Source of the DNA: Candidatus Hadarchaeum sp.
GTDB lineage: Archaea > Hadarchaeota > Hadarchaeia > Hadarchaeales > Hadarchaeaceae
DNA length: 39,442 nucleotides
NCBI RefSeq assembly: GCF_049969415.1
Contig: NZ_JBMFOX010000010.1
Location: 1 to 39,442 of the forward strand
Direction of reading: 5' to 3'
Both the position numbers and the translations under genes were made by a program. The notes beneath the pieces were generated by a model. That model did not search any database and was not told where the DNA came from. It saw nothing but the letters and a program-made list of their open reading frames with translations. Below are positions 17,482 to 26,205 of the stretch, piece by piece; within the stretch, counting starts at the first letter, position 1, and each line of letters begins with the position of its first letter.

Positions 17482-18851
17482 TCGGTCGCCTCCAGCGCCT
17501 TCATCACCCGGAGCACCTCCAGCTCCCCTAGTACCTTGCCCTGGATCTGAAGACCCACTGGGATGCCGTTAATTTCTCCGGCCTTGATAACGCCGGCGCA
17601 GATTCCGGCCAGATTGGCGGGGATGGTGAGATAGTCATAGGCGTACATCTCCATGGGCGTGAGCTTAGTCCCGATTCGATGGGGGAGCTTAGGTACGGTG
17701 GGTCCGGCGATGACGTCGACCTTCTCAAAGGCTGCCATTAACTCCCGCTTGATCAGAGTTCTGACCTGAAGTGCCTTTTGGTAGAATTTCCCCCGGTACT
17801 CCTTCTGGCTGATGTAGCGTCCGCGCAGGATCCGCCTCAGCACCTCTTCGCCGCAGACTTCCTCGATCCTCCTCCCGTATTTACGCCCGTCAAACTTTCT
17901 GGTCCCGGAGAAGAATTCTACCGAGACGATGAGGTAGTAAGCTGGCAGCCCCCGTTCAAGGTTGGGCAGGTCGACCTCAACAATTTCGGCACCTAGGTCG
18001 TGCAGTTTTTCAATCTGTTTGTCGATGACATCCATGATTGCTGGATCGGCCAGCTCCGCGAACTTCCTGCTGATGCCGACACGTATCCCGTTGAGATCGA
18101 CATCCCGTAGCTTTTCTAAGTAGCTCACCTTGTCCACGTTCAGCATGATGCATTCGTTGTCGCTTCGGCCGGCAATCGTCTCCAGCATCAGCACCGCGCC
18201 CGAGACATCTGCCGCCAACGGCCCGATCTGGTCGAGACTCATGCCTAGGTCGATCAGCCCCTGCCGCGGCACGAGGCCGTAGGTGGGCTTGAAGCCGACG
18301 ACGCCGCAGTGGCTGGCCGGGTTCCTTATGGACCCTCCGGTGTCAGTTCCCAGGCAGAGGTCGCACAACCCTGCCGCGATCGCCGCCGCGCTCCCGCTAC
18401 TCGATCCCCCGGGGATATGTCCCGGAGCGGCAGGATTTTCGGTCGGACCGAAGGCGCTGGACTCCCCGCTGGAGCCACAGGCGAATTCATCCATGTTGTT
18501 CATGCCGATTATTATCCCGTCTTCAACCCTGATCCTCTTGATTACCTCAGCATCGTAGGGGGAGATGTAATCCTGAAGGGTGCGAGAAGCACAGGTTACC
18601 CTCAGGCCGGCAACGTTGATGTTTGATTTTATCCCGATGGTCAGTCCGGCCAGCCTTCCCACCCTTTCGCCTTTTTTTATCTTCCGGTCCACGGCCTCGG
18701 CCTCGGTTAAGGCGTTGGGGTTGAGTTCGATGAAAGAGTTGATCTTTTTGTCCAGCTTCTTGATGCGCTCCAGCGATAAAGAGACGTTTTCAACGGCGGA
18801 AAGCTCACCGCGCCTGATTTCGGCCAGTTTTTCTAGCGTTCCTTTGACCAT
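17478..18851 (-). CDS. gatA: Amidotransferase subunit A
   Basis: Amidase signature GGSSSGSA ... GTDTGGSIRNPA, plus NMDEFACG. Confidence 0.96.
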   Translation of the reverse strand: MVKGTLEKLAEIRRGELSAVENVSLSLERIKKLDKKINSFIELNPNALTEAEAVDRKIKKGERVGRLAGLTIGIKSNINVAGLRVTCASRTLQDYISPYDAEVIKRIRVEDGIIIGMNNMDEFACGSSGESSAFGPTENPAAPGHIPGGSSSGSAAAIAAGLCDLCLGTDTGGSIRNPASHCGVVGFKPTYGLVPRQGLIDLGMSLDQIGPLAADVSGAVLMLETIAGRSDNECIMLNVDKVSYLEKLRDVDLNGIRVGISRKFAELADPAIMDVIDKQIEKLHDLGAEIVEVDLPNLERGLPAYYLIVSVEFFSGTRKFDGRKYGRRIEEVCGEEVLRRILRGRYISQKEYRGKFYQKALQVRTLIKRELMAAFEKVDVIAGPTVPKLPHRIGTKLTPMEMYAYDYLTIPANLAGICAGVIKAGEINGIPVGLQIQGKVLGELEVLRVMKALEATE

Positions 18852-19090
18852 TTCGCCACTTCCACCTTGAGGTTGCCCAGTTCATCCGACTTGGGCATCA
18901 GGGAGAGGAACCGGCTGCGAAATGCCGCGCACTCCTCCGGAGGAGATGGTTCATCGTCGGGGCGGACAACGTTGTAGGCCTCCAAACTATAGTAGGTCTC
19001 CTTTATCTCCGGCAAATTTTCGGTGGCCTTGAGGAAGGAAGCGATTATCTCCTCAGCGCCGCGCTCGATTTCTCCCTGTTTTTCAACCAT
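18833..19090 (-). CDS. gatC: Amidotransferase subunit C (archaeal type)
   Basis: Small ORF overlapping the gatA start, with ETYY...NVVRPD and a terminal ...EVAKW. Start taken at ATG 19090. Confidence 0.8.
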   Translation of the reverse strand: MVEKQGEIERGAEEIIASFLKATENLPEIKETYYSLEAYNVVRPDDEPSPPEECAAFRSRFLSLMPKSDELGNLKVEVAKWSKER

Positions 19091-19194
19091 CCCATCCCCA
19101 CTTGATATCACGCTTGCTATAAGAAAAGTTTGGGTCCTCTGGGAAACAGGTGAAGCTTAATTCTTTGGGGAGAAAGTAATACTGAAGTGAGCGC

Positions 19195-20226
19195 ATGAAA
19201 AGGCCGGCGCGGTTTGGCGAGCCATTGCCCGGCGACAAGGTCCGGTGTCGCCTCTGCCCCCGTCTTTGCGTAATTCCCATGGGGGCGACCGGATACTGCC
19301 GGACAAGGTTAAACGATCGCGGCCAGCTTTACACCCTGATTTACGGCTCCGTGACGTCGATGGCGATAGATCCCGTGGAAAAGAAGCCCCTTTACCACTT
19401 CCTGCCGGGCAGCGATACCTTTTCCATCGGCACGGCCGGCTGCAACCTCTCCTGCCGCCACTGCCAGAACTGGACGATCTCGCAGGCCAGCATCGAGGAG
19501 GTCGACCACGAGAACATTCCGCCGGAACGGGTGGTGGAGATGGCCCAGAAGTACCGCTGCCCAAGCATCTCCTACACCTACTCGGAGCCGTCAATCTGGT
19601 TTGAGTTCGTGTACGACACCGCTAAGCTGGCCCACGCCGCCGGAATCTACAACATCTACGTCACCAACGGCTACATGAACATAGAGGCCTGGGAGGAGAT
19701 CAAACCCTATCTCACCGCGGCCAACGTTGATGTCAAGGCCTTCTCCGATGACTTCTATCGTCGGGTCTGCTCGGCCCCCGGAATTGAGCCGGTGTTGAGG
19801 ACCTGCGAGTGGATGGTGGAAAACGGGATTCACCTTGAGACCACCTACTTGATCATCCCTGGAGAGAATGACCGTCCAGAGGAGATTCGAAATTTTTGCC
19901 GGTGGGAAGTGGAGCGGCTGGGCCCTGAGGTCCCCACCCATTTCAGCCGCTTTTTCCCCATGTACCGGATGACCGATCGGGAGCCGACCCCGGTGAAGAC
20001 GCTTGAGCTGGCCCTGAGCATTGCCAAAGAGGAAGGCCTCCACTACGTTTACATCGGCAACGTTGCCGGCCACAAGGGAGATAACACCTACTGCCCGAAG
20101 TGCGGCAAGCTGCTCATCGAGAGATTTGGATTTGACATCCTCCGCTATGAGATCCGGGACCACAGGTGCCCCAGCTGCGGTGCCGAGATCAAGATTTTTG
20201 GCGATTACAGCCCGGCCGCCCGGTAG
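19195..20226 (+). CDS. amrS: AmmeMemoRadiSam system radical SAM enzyme
   Basis: CxLCPRxC, DPVEKKPLYHF, GCNLSCRHCQNW, YTYSEP, HFSRFFP and C-terminal CPKCG...CPSCG. Confidence 0.92.
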   Translation: MKRPARFGEPLPGDKVRCRLCPRLCVIPMGATGYCRTRLNDRGQLYTLIYGSVTSMAIDPVEKKPLYHFLPGSDTFSIGTAGCNLSCRHCQNWTISQASIEEVDHENIPPERVVEMAQKYRCPSISYTYSEPSIWFEFVYDTAKLAHAAGIYNIYVTNGYMNIEAWEEIKPYLTAANVDVKAFSDDFYRRVCSAPGIEPVLRTCEWMVENGIHLETTYLIIPGENDRPEEIRNFCRWEVERLGPEVPTHFSRFFPMYRMTDREPTPVKTLELALSIAKEEGLHYVYIGNVAGHKGDNTYCPKCGKLLIERFGFDILRYEIRDHRCPSCGAEIKIFGDYSPAAR

Positions 20227-20227
20227 C

Positions 20228-21574
20228 TCAGCTTCCCTTTATGGCGGCCTTCAGTTCCCTCATCCCGAGAGCGGCAAGTGCTTTGGCCTGTTTTTCCGTC
20301 TTGGCCTCGGCGAAACAGCGGAAAATGGGCTCGGTTCCGGAGGGTCGGAGCAGGAGCCAGCCTTCCTCAAGCTCTATTCTCAGGCCGTCCATGTGGCTGG
20401 TTCGGTATCTGGAAAATCTCTTGGTTAATCTTGCGAGCACCTTTGCTTTTTTCTCATCGGGACACTCCAGCCTTCGCTTGACTTGGAAGTATTTGGGCAG
20501 GGTCAGATTTAGTTCTGAGGCCTTCATATCGGTGCTGTCCAAGGCCGCGATAAACTGAACCGCCGTCATGATTCCATCCCTGCAGAGCAGCCAGTCCGGA
20601 AAGATTACGCCGCCGTTTTCCTCGCCGGCGATGTCACCACCATTTTTGCGGATTTCTTCGACCAGCTCTGGTTCACCGACCTTGGTCCTCACGACTTCGC
20701 CGCCGAGCTTAGCGGCAACATCGTCCAAGACTGAGCTCGTGGCCACGGTGGTTAGAATTCTTGGCCTAGATTTCCCGCGCAAGTAGTGCAGGGCCACATG
20801 GGCGAAGACCCTGTCCCCGCTGATCACTTCTCCCCGTTCGTCAACGACGAGGGTTCGATCAGCATCGCCGTCGTGGGCCACTCCAAGGTCGGCCTTGCAG
20901 CTGACGACAGCCTTAGCCAATCCGTTCAGGTTCTCCGGGATTGTTTCCAGTTTTCGACCCGGGAAGGTCCCGTCAAGCTGGCTGTTGAGTGAAATCACCT
21001 GGCAACCCAGCTCTCGGAGCAGACTTGGCGTGACTAGATTGCCCACCGCGTTGGCGCAGTCGACGACCACCTTCAACCCCCGTCGGAACCTTGGGACTCT
21101 TTCCAGGATGGCGTCGAAGTAAAGCGGTAAGGCCTCAACCCTTTCCGAGCGGCCGATGTCGCGCCAGCCCACCAGCTTGGGCCCATGGGACATGATGCGC
21201 TCGATTCTGTCCTCGCGCCAGCGCTGAAAACCGGCGCCCTCTTGATCCCAGAATTTAATCCCGTTGTACTCGGCAGGGTTGTGCGAGGCGGTTATCATGA
21301 CGCCGGCATCGCAGCCGAAGCTTCTGGTCGCAAAAGACAGCACCGGGGTCGGGGTCAAGCCCAACCTGACGACATCGCAGCCTCCGGAGTTCAGACCGGC
21401 GACCAGCGCCAGCTCGAGCATTTCGCCCGAGGTTCGATTGTCCCGCCCCAAGGCGACCCTGCCCCGGTTGCCCAGATCGGTCGCCAGCGCCTGGCCGAGC
21501 TCAAGCGCGGTCTTTATCGTCAATTCCTTGTTGACGATTCCTCTGACTCCGAAGGTCCCGAAGAGCCTGGGCAT
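20228..21574 (-). CDS. Phosphoglucosamine mutase / phosphomannomutase (alpha-phosphohexomutase)
   Basis: LFGTFGVRG, TASHNP phosphoserine loop, DGDADR metal loop and RPSGTEP. Start taken at ATG 21574. Confidence 0.93.
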   Translation of the reverse strand: MPRLFGTFGVRGIVNKELTIKTALELGQALATDLGNRGRVALGRDNRTSGEMLELALVAGLNSGGCDVVRLGLTPTPVLSFATRSFGCDAGVMITASHNPAEYNGIKFWDQEGAGFQRWREDRIERIMSHGPKLVGWRDIGRSERVEALPLYFDAILERVPRFRRGLKVVVDCANAVGNLVTPSLLRELGCQVISLNSQLDGTFPGRKLETIPENLNGLAKAVVSCKADLGVAHDGDADRTLVVDERGEVISGDRVFAHVALHYLRGKSRPRILTTVATSSVLDDVAAKLGGEVVRTKVGEPELVEEIRKNGGDIAGEENGGVIFPDWLLCRDGIMTAVQFIAALDSTDMKASELNLTLPKYFQVKRRLECPDEKKAKVLARLTKRFSRYRTSHMDGLRIELEEGWLLLRPSGTEPIFRCFAEAKTEKQAKALAALGMRELKAAIKGS

Positions 21575-21630
21575 GAATGTCAACTCATAATCGCCGCACA
21601 AATATTAAATCGTGATGTGATAGTTTACTC

Positions 21631-21738
21631 GGGCCCGTGGCCTAGCTAGGATAAGGCGGCAAGTGAGGACACCCGCAAGCCTTCTATCCCGGCGAGGAAA
21701 GCTGCATATCGTGGGTTCAAATCCCACCGGGCCCGCCA
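21631..21738 (+). tRNA. tRNA-Arg(TCT) with two introns (21662-21678 at position 29/30; 21687-21699 at position 37/38), CCA encoded
   Basis: Acceptor stem GGGCCCG/CGGGCCC, D-arm GCCT..AGGC, T-arm GTGGG-TTCAAAT-CCCAC. Removing both inserts restores GCAGC-CT-TCT-AA-GCTGC and a 78-nt tRNA. Confidence 0.92.
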
Positions 21739-21802
21739 ATCAACGTTTGTTCTGCAAGCCCTTCAAAAAAGATAAAAGGGAACGTGACTTGGTTTCATTG
21801 GT

Positions 21803-22915
21803 GTGGCTTTGAAATACATCGTGGATCCCGATCCCAAGTGGGTGGAACACGCCATCAAGAGGTTCGCCGCGCCATTTGTGGACAAACCTTATGACAGAAT
21901 TGACGTGGATCCCATCCTGTTGTCCGAGGCAGGATGCCTAGCCGGGATGTCCGCCAAGGAATGGTATCTTGAACCCAGGCGTGGCATCGCCTCCGTCATC
22001 GCCGCCCATGAGGCCTTTGACCTGATACCCGTGGCCCACTGGTGGCCGACCATCCACGTCTGGGAGCAGGAGATGGGGAACAAGCTCGAGTGGCCGGAGA
22101 ACCAGCCACCTCGCGTCAAGGAAAACGCGATAAAGACGCCTGAGGACATCGACAAGCTGGAGGCCGTCAGCGAGGAAGAGATCAAAAAGGGCCCCACCTA
22201 CACTTCCTTTGTCGAGGCCTTCGATTATGTGCGGGATAACTACCCCAACTGGTTCGTTCCCCTCTACTTCGCCTTTCACCCCGAGGCCAATGCCTCCCAG
22301 CTCATAGGTCTGGAAAAATTTCTGGTGATGACGCTCAGGAACCCGCCGTTGTGCCACAAGCTGATTCAGAAGTTTATGGAGACCTCGCTCAACGGCTGCC
22401 GGGCCCTAGTTGAGAGGTACGGAAGCGCCATGATCGTGACCGGTTCGACGGTTGCCGGCAGCGACCTGCTGGGGCCGAGGCAGGTCAAGGAGTTCGGCGT
22501 GAGGTACGTCTCGGAGCTGGTCAAGAAGGCCCTGAAGATAGGCGCGGGACCGCAGATATGGTACCACCACTGCGGCAACCATGCCAAGGACTGGGAGCTG
22601 TGGAAGGACACCATCTTCACACCCTTCACCGTCATGCAGATTGGGTATGAAGGGAGGAAGCCGTTCCCGCTGGAGAAGCTGAAGCAGCTCTACGGCAGGC
22701 GCGCCACCTTGATGGGCAACATCGACACCACTCTGGCCTTTTCCGGTTCACCCACCCAGGTCTATGAGATGGCGAAGGAGCAGATCCTAGCCGCGAAGGA
22801 CAGCCCCAACGGCTTCATCTCAGGACTGGCCTGTGAGTGTCCTCACGGCTCACCGGCTTCGAGCCTCCACGCCATGGTAAGGGCGGCGAGGGATTTTGGG
22901 AGGTATGAGGGGTGA
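21803..22915 (+). CDS. Uroporphyrinogen decarboxylase / MtaA-CmuA superfamily protein (putative methylcobamide:thiol methyltransferase)
   Basis: H-x-C Zn motif (WYHHCGN), MGNIDT, and a C-terminal FISGLACEC carrying the third ligand Cys. Confidence 0.8.
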   Translation: MALKYIVDPDPKWVEHAIKRFAAPFVDKPYDRIDVDPILLSEAGCLAGMSAKEWYLEPRRGIASVIAAHEAFDLIPVAHWWPTIHVWEQEMGNKLEWPENQPPRVKENAIKTPEDIDKLEAVSEEEIKKGPTYTSFVEAFDYVRDNYPNWFVPLYFAFHPEANASQLIGLEKFLVMTLRNPPLCHKLIQKFMETSLNGCRALVERYGSAMIVTGSTVAGSDLLGPRQVKEFGVRYVSELVKKALKIGAGPQIWYHHCGNHAKDWELWKDTIFTPFTVMQIGYEGRKPFPLEKLKQLYGRRATLMGNIDTTLAFSGSPTQVYEMAKEQILAAKDSPNGFISGLACECPHGSPASSLHAMVRAARDFGRYEG

Positions 22916-23376
22916 TGAACATGGTCGAGATAAGAGTGAGCGATGAGGTAAAGAAACTGGCCGAGGAAAGGGGCATCCCGGTTGAGCAATTGAAGGAAGT
23001 AGTTCAGCACGGTGAGGAGACGCGGGAAAAGTTAATTCAGGAGGATCAGAGTCTGGCCAAAAAGCGGATAGGGTCGACCACGATTTACGTCGTCTACCGC
23101 AAGGCAGGCGATGTCTTTGAGATCGTGACGGCCTATGCCCACCGGATGGAAGAGAAGGAGGTCACGGATCCGGTACCCGATGATGTTCAGCCTTGGCGCT
23201 GTGAAAAATGCAATAAAAACACCGTCCGCGCGAGCATGAACGTTTCCTACCTAGGTATCACGCGACAGGCGCCGGTCATGGTCTGTCCGGACTGTGGCGC
23301 GGGCTTTTTTGAGGAGAACATCGTCAACAAGACGCTTTGCACGGCCATGTGCCTCTTCGAGAAAAAGAGGGCATGA
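22912..23376 (+). CDS. Two-domain hypothetical protein with C-terminal Zn ribbon
   Basis: N-domain ends in VTAYAHRM; C-domain reads WRCEKC...YLG...VCPDCG. Overlaps the upstream stop (GTGA). Confidence 0.75.
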   Translation: MMNMVEIRVSDEVKKLAEERGIPVEQLKEVVQHGEETREKLIQEDQSLAKKRIGSTTIYVVYRKAGDVFEIVTAYAHRMEEKEVTDPVPDDVQPWRCEKCNKNTVRASMNVSYLGITRQAPVMVCPDCGAGFFEENIVNKTLCTAMCLFEKKRA

Positions 23377-23385
23377 CTCGGGGGG

Positions 23386-23697
23386 ATGGTGATGCTGTCG
23401 GGCTGTCTGGAGAAGCTGGGCGGCAGTCCGCGGCTTTTGAAGGCCACCAGGAACCTGAAATGTCCCAAATGCGGGTTTGAGTTCAGCCTCATCTACGCGA
23501 GGGCGGTGGCCTGCCGCGGCTGTCCTGAGTCCGTCCTAGGCTGTGAATACACCCGCTGCCCCCGGTGCGACAACGAGTTTTCCATTAATCAGGTCGGGCT
23601 TACCACCTCGAAGAAGGACACTAGGGACTTGGCCACCTACACCTCGGAGATATTCTCCAGCTACTGCAATGACTTCGGCGAAAATCCTTCAAGATAG
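23386..23697 (+). CDS. Small Cys-rich metal-binding protein
   Basis: CPKCGFEF...CRGCP...GC...CPRCDNEF, with a GGGGGG RBS-like run upstream. Confidence 0.75.
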   Translation: MVMLSGCLEKLGGSPRLLKATRNLKCPKCGFEFSLIYARAVACRGCPESVLGCEYTRCPRCDNEFSINQVGLTTSKKDTRDLATYTSEIFSSYCNDFGENPSR

Positions 23698-23698
23698 A

Positions 23699-23750
23699 GA
23701 CCAAAATTTGTTACTTATTGACGCCCAACAATTATTGATAAATCTTGGTC
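23699..23750. terminator. Imperfect long hairpin between convergent genes
   Basis: GACCAAAATTTGTTA pairs with TGATAAATCTTGGTC (one mismatch, two G-U pairs), with inner arms TTATTG/CAACAA. Confidence 0.35.
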
Positions 23751-23778
23751 CGGGTGGAGCGGCTTTCTAAAAATTGGT

Positions 23779-25149
23779 TCACTTGGCGTATTTTGACAGA
23801 ACCTGGTGCCGGTACGGGGATTCACCGCTGATTGAGGTGACGTTGAAGGCGCAGAAGGGGATCAGCCGCAGGTCCGGTGTTACCTCGTGAATGCAGCACT
23901 TCTCCAGCCGTTCGAGGTCGATGTTCCAGACATCCTGGAAGGCCATCGTTGAGATGGTCAGGTAGTTCTCCGTCGCCCTTTCAACGACCTCCATCCAGCT
24001 GCCGGCCTTGCATTTACAAGGCGCAGTCCTCGGCGCGCCCCTCTGCGGTGGGTTCAGCTTCCAGAGGCTGGCGACGGATTCCCTGATTGTCTTGGGGATA
24101 TCGGTGCAGCTGGGTCCCGGGCTCTGAGAAAGGCTGGTCAACGAAAGGAGCTTGCCGTCCTCGAGCAGGATGGAAAGGCACCTCGCGTCACAGTGCACGT
24201 CGGGGCAGCTGGTGGGAATGAAGTTGTCCGCCTTGACTTCACCATCCGTCTGTACCTCGATGGCGTGGAGCAGGTCCGGAATGGTCACCCTGTCATCGTC
24301 ACGTGGTTCATCCGGATAGCGGCCGAAATAACTGAGCGGCTGGAAGTGCACCCCCTTCACGGTCGGGATCCATTTTTTAGCAAAGGCGATGATTCTGCCG
24401 ACCTGATCGAGGTTGATGTCTTTGATTATTTTCGGAACGAGGACGACGCCGATACCCGCCTCGGCGCAGTTCTCAACAGCCCTTTTCTTCGAGCTGAGCA
24501 AATTCGCGCCGGATATCTTGCGATAGACACTGGGCGAGAGCCCATCAAAGGAAAGGTAAAGGGCGTCCAGACCGGCCTGTTTAAGCAGTCGCAGATATTC
24601 GGGATCCTCTGCCAGCCTTATTCCGTTGGTGTTCAGCTCGATGTAATCTATGCCCATCCTTTTCCCCAGTGAAACTATCTCCGGCAGGTCCTCGCGGACC
24701 GTGGGCTCGCCGCCGCTGATCTGGACGCAGACGGGCTTGGAACCTTTCAGAAGCATCCCGTACATTTCCTTGATTGTTTTGATTCCCGGCTCGTAAATAT
24801 AGCCCCCACCAGAGCTGGCGAAGCAGGCCCGGCAGTTGAGGTTGCATCGGTTGGTGATCTCCATGACTGCGAGGCAGGTGTCTTGCTTGTGGCCGGGGCA
24901 GAGCCCGCAGTCCCAGGGACAACCACCTTTGCTCGCCGTTTGCCTGACTTTAGCTCCTTTTCTCCCTGGCTCGAACTTGAGCAGCTTTTTGTAATGGTCA
25001 GCGCCGCGCCAGATGAGCGTCTTGAATTTGCCGTGTTTCTCGCATTCTTTGCTCAGATAAACGTTGTCACCTTCGACAATCCTCTCCGCAGGCAGCTTGT
25101 GCAGGCAGACCGGGCAAAGGCTCCAGGTTTTTCCGATCACTTCCGACAT
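23779..25149 (-). CDS. Radical SAM protein, TrsS-like (MJ0619/Tes superfamily N-terminus)
   Basis: SLCPVC...KECEKHG, GCPWDCGLCPGH, CNLNCRACFA, SGGEPT and the C-terminal MAFQDVWNIDLERLEKCCIH...IPFCAFN. Confidence 0.85.
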   Translation of the reverse strand: MSEVIGKTWSLCPVCLHKLPAERIVEGDNVYLSKECEKHGKFKTLIWRGADHYKKLLKFEPGRKGAKVRQTASKGGCPWDCGLCPGHKQDTCLAVMEITNRCNLNCRACFASSGGGYIYEPGIKTIKEMYGMLLKGSKPVCVQISGGEPTVREDLPEIVSLGKRMGIDYIELNTNGIRLAEDPEYLRLLKQAGLDALYLSFDGLSPSVYRKISGANLLSSKKRAVENCAEAGIGVVLVPKIIKDINLDQVGRIIAFAKKWIPTVKGVHFQPLSYFGRYPDEPRDDDRVTIPDLLHAIEVQTDGEVKADNFIPTSCPDVHCDARCLSILLEDGKLLSLTSLSQSPGPSCTDIPKTIRESVASLWKLNPPQRGAPRTAPCKCKAGSWMEVVERATENYLTISTMAFQDVWNIDLERLEKCCIHEVTPDLRLIPFCAFNVTSISGESPYRHQVLSKYAK

Positions 25150-25178
25150 TCAGACCATCCTCGTTTTTCTCCGGTTAC

Positions 25179-26111
25179 CTAAGTATCTTTTTGGGAACTC
25201 AGCCCGGGCAGGTAGCTTTTCGGCAGCAGCGACCTGATTGCCTTCAGGGCGGTGGCTCTGGGCATGTGCTTTAACGACTTGCGGATGATCTCCCAGTCCC
25301 TGCCTTCGTAGATGGCCCTGAGGTAGTGGGGAGTCATGTGGCCGCATTTTTCGCAGATGGCCCCGGCCCCCATGTAGCAGGCGCGCGTGCCACCACAGCT
25401 GCGGTACTTGATGTTCCCCATCGTGTCCAAGCTGAGGATGAGTTTGGTTGCCGGGCAGTCCGAAGTCACTTTTAAGCAGTTGGGATATTTCATCGACTCC
25501 AAGATGCTGTTTGAGATGAAGATGAAATCCCCGTAGTTTTCCTTCAGAGGCTTCAAAACTTTGTCGATGACCTCGTTCCTCTTGCTGAAGGGCAGAAAGA
25601 GGGAGTTCTCCCCTCCGATGAACGGCGTGTAAAAGCTGAACTTGACCCAGAGCACCCTTGAGTTGCTCCACTCCGAGACAAATTTTTCTATGGAGCGGTA
25701 GTTCTGGGAGTTCACCACCATGTTCAGCAGCAGATAGCGGGCGCCGGTGGTCTCGATGTTCTCCCGCGCTCGCTCGTAGGTGCCCTTTCCCCGGATGAGT
25801 TCATGATAGCGCTTGGTGCCATCGATGCTGATGAAAAAGGAAACATCGTTCCAGTCCGGTATAGGAACGGTGCCGTTGGTGACCACCTCGTTAATGACGA
25901 AGCTGTCCTTGCCCGTCTCGATGAGTTCCGGGCGCAGCAGCGGTTCCCCACCCACCCAGGCGCAGTAGAGGAACTTCGGTAGCCTGCGAAGGACCTCCTC
26001 CCAGCCCTCAATTGACAGCTCCTTCGGGTTGTTTGCCCTCCAGAAGAAGCAGTGCCGGCAGCGGAGGTTGCACCTGTTGGTCACGTCGATGGAAACTGCC
26101 TTCTGCCTCAT
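25179..26111 (-). CDS. Radical SAM protein with C-terminal auxiliary Cys cluster
   Basis: CNLRCRHC, GGEPLL, TNGT, SIDG and C-terminal CP...C.....C......CEKC. Real start is ATG 26111 (or 26144), not 26360. Confidence 0.85.
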   Translation of the reverse strand: MRQKAVSIDVTNRCNLRCRHCFFWRANNPKELSIEGWEEVLRRLPKFLYCAWVGGEPLLRPELIETGKDSFVINEVVTNGTVPIPDWNDVSFFISIDGTKRYHELIRGKGTYERARENIETTGARYLLLNMVVNSQNYRSIEKFVSEWSNSRVLWVKFSFYTPFIGGENSLFLPFSKRNEVIDKVLKPLKENYGDFIFISNSILESMKYPNCLKVTSDCPATKLILSLDTMGNIKYRSCGGTRACYMGAGAICEKCGHMTPHYLRAIYEGRDWEIIRKSLKHMPRATALKAIRSLLPKSYLPGLSSQKDT

Positions 26112-26205
26112 TTTCGGACCTTTCCCAGCGTCTTGTGTTATCATTATGGACCAGCAGGCTTTAAAGTTTGGACCCAGTAATAAAAGCAAAAGTTGGGGAC
26201 CGACG

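Noticed and set aside
19195-20226. amrS without adjacent amrA/amrB as a novel arrangement
   Set aside because: These genes are commonly dispersed in archaea, so this is uninformative from one window.
23779-25149. Tetraether synthase (Tes/GDGT-MAS) or selenoprotein call
   Set aside because: It shares the N-terminal Cys motifs, but the C-terminus and neighbours fit the TrsS-like subfamily. There is no in-frame TGA.
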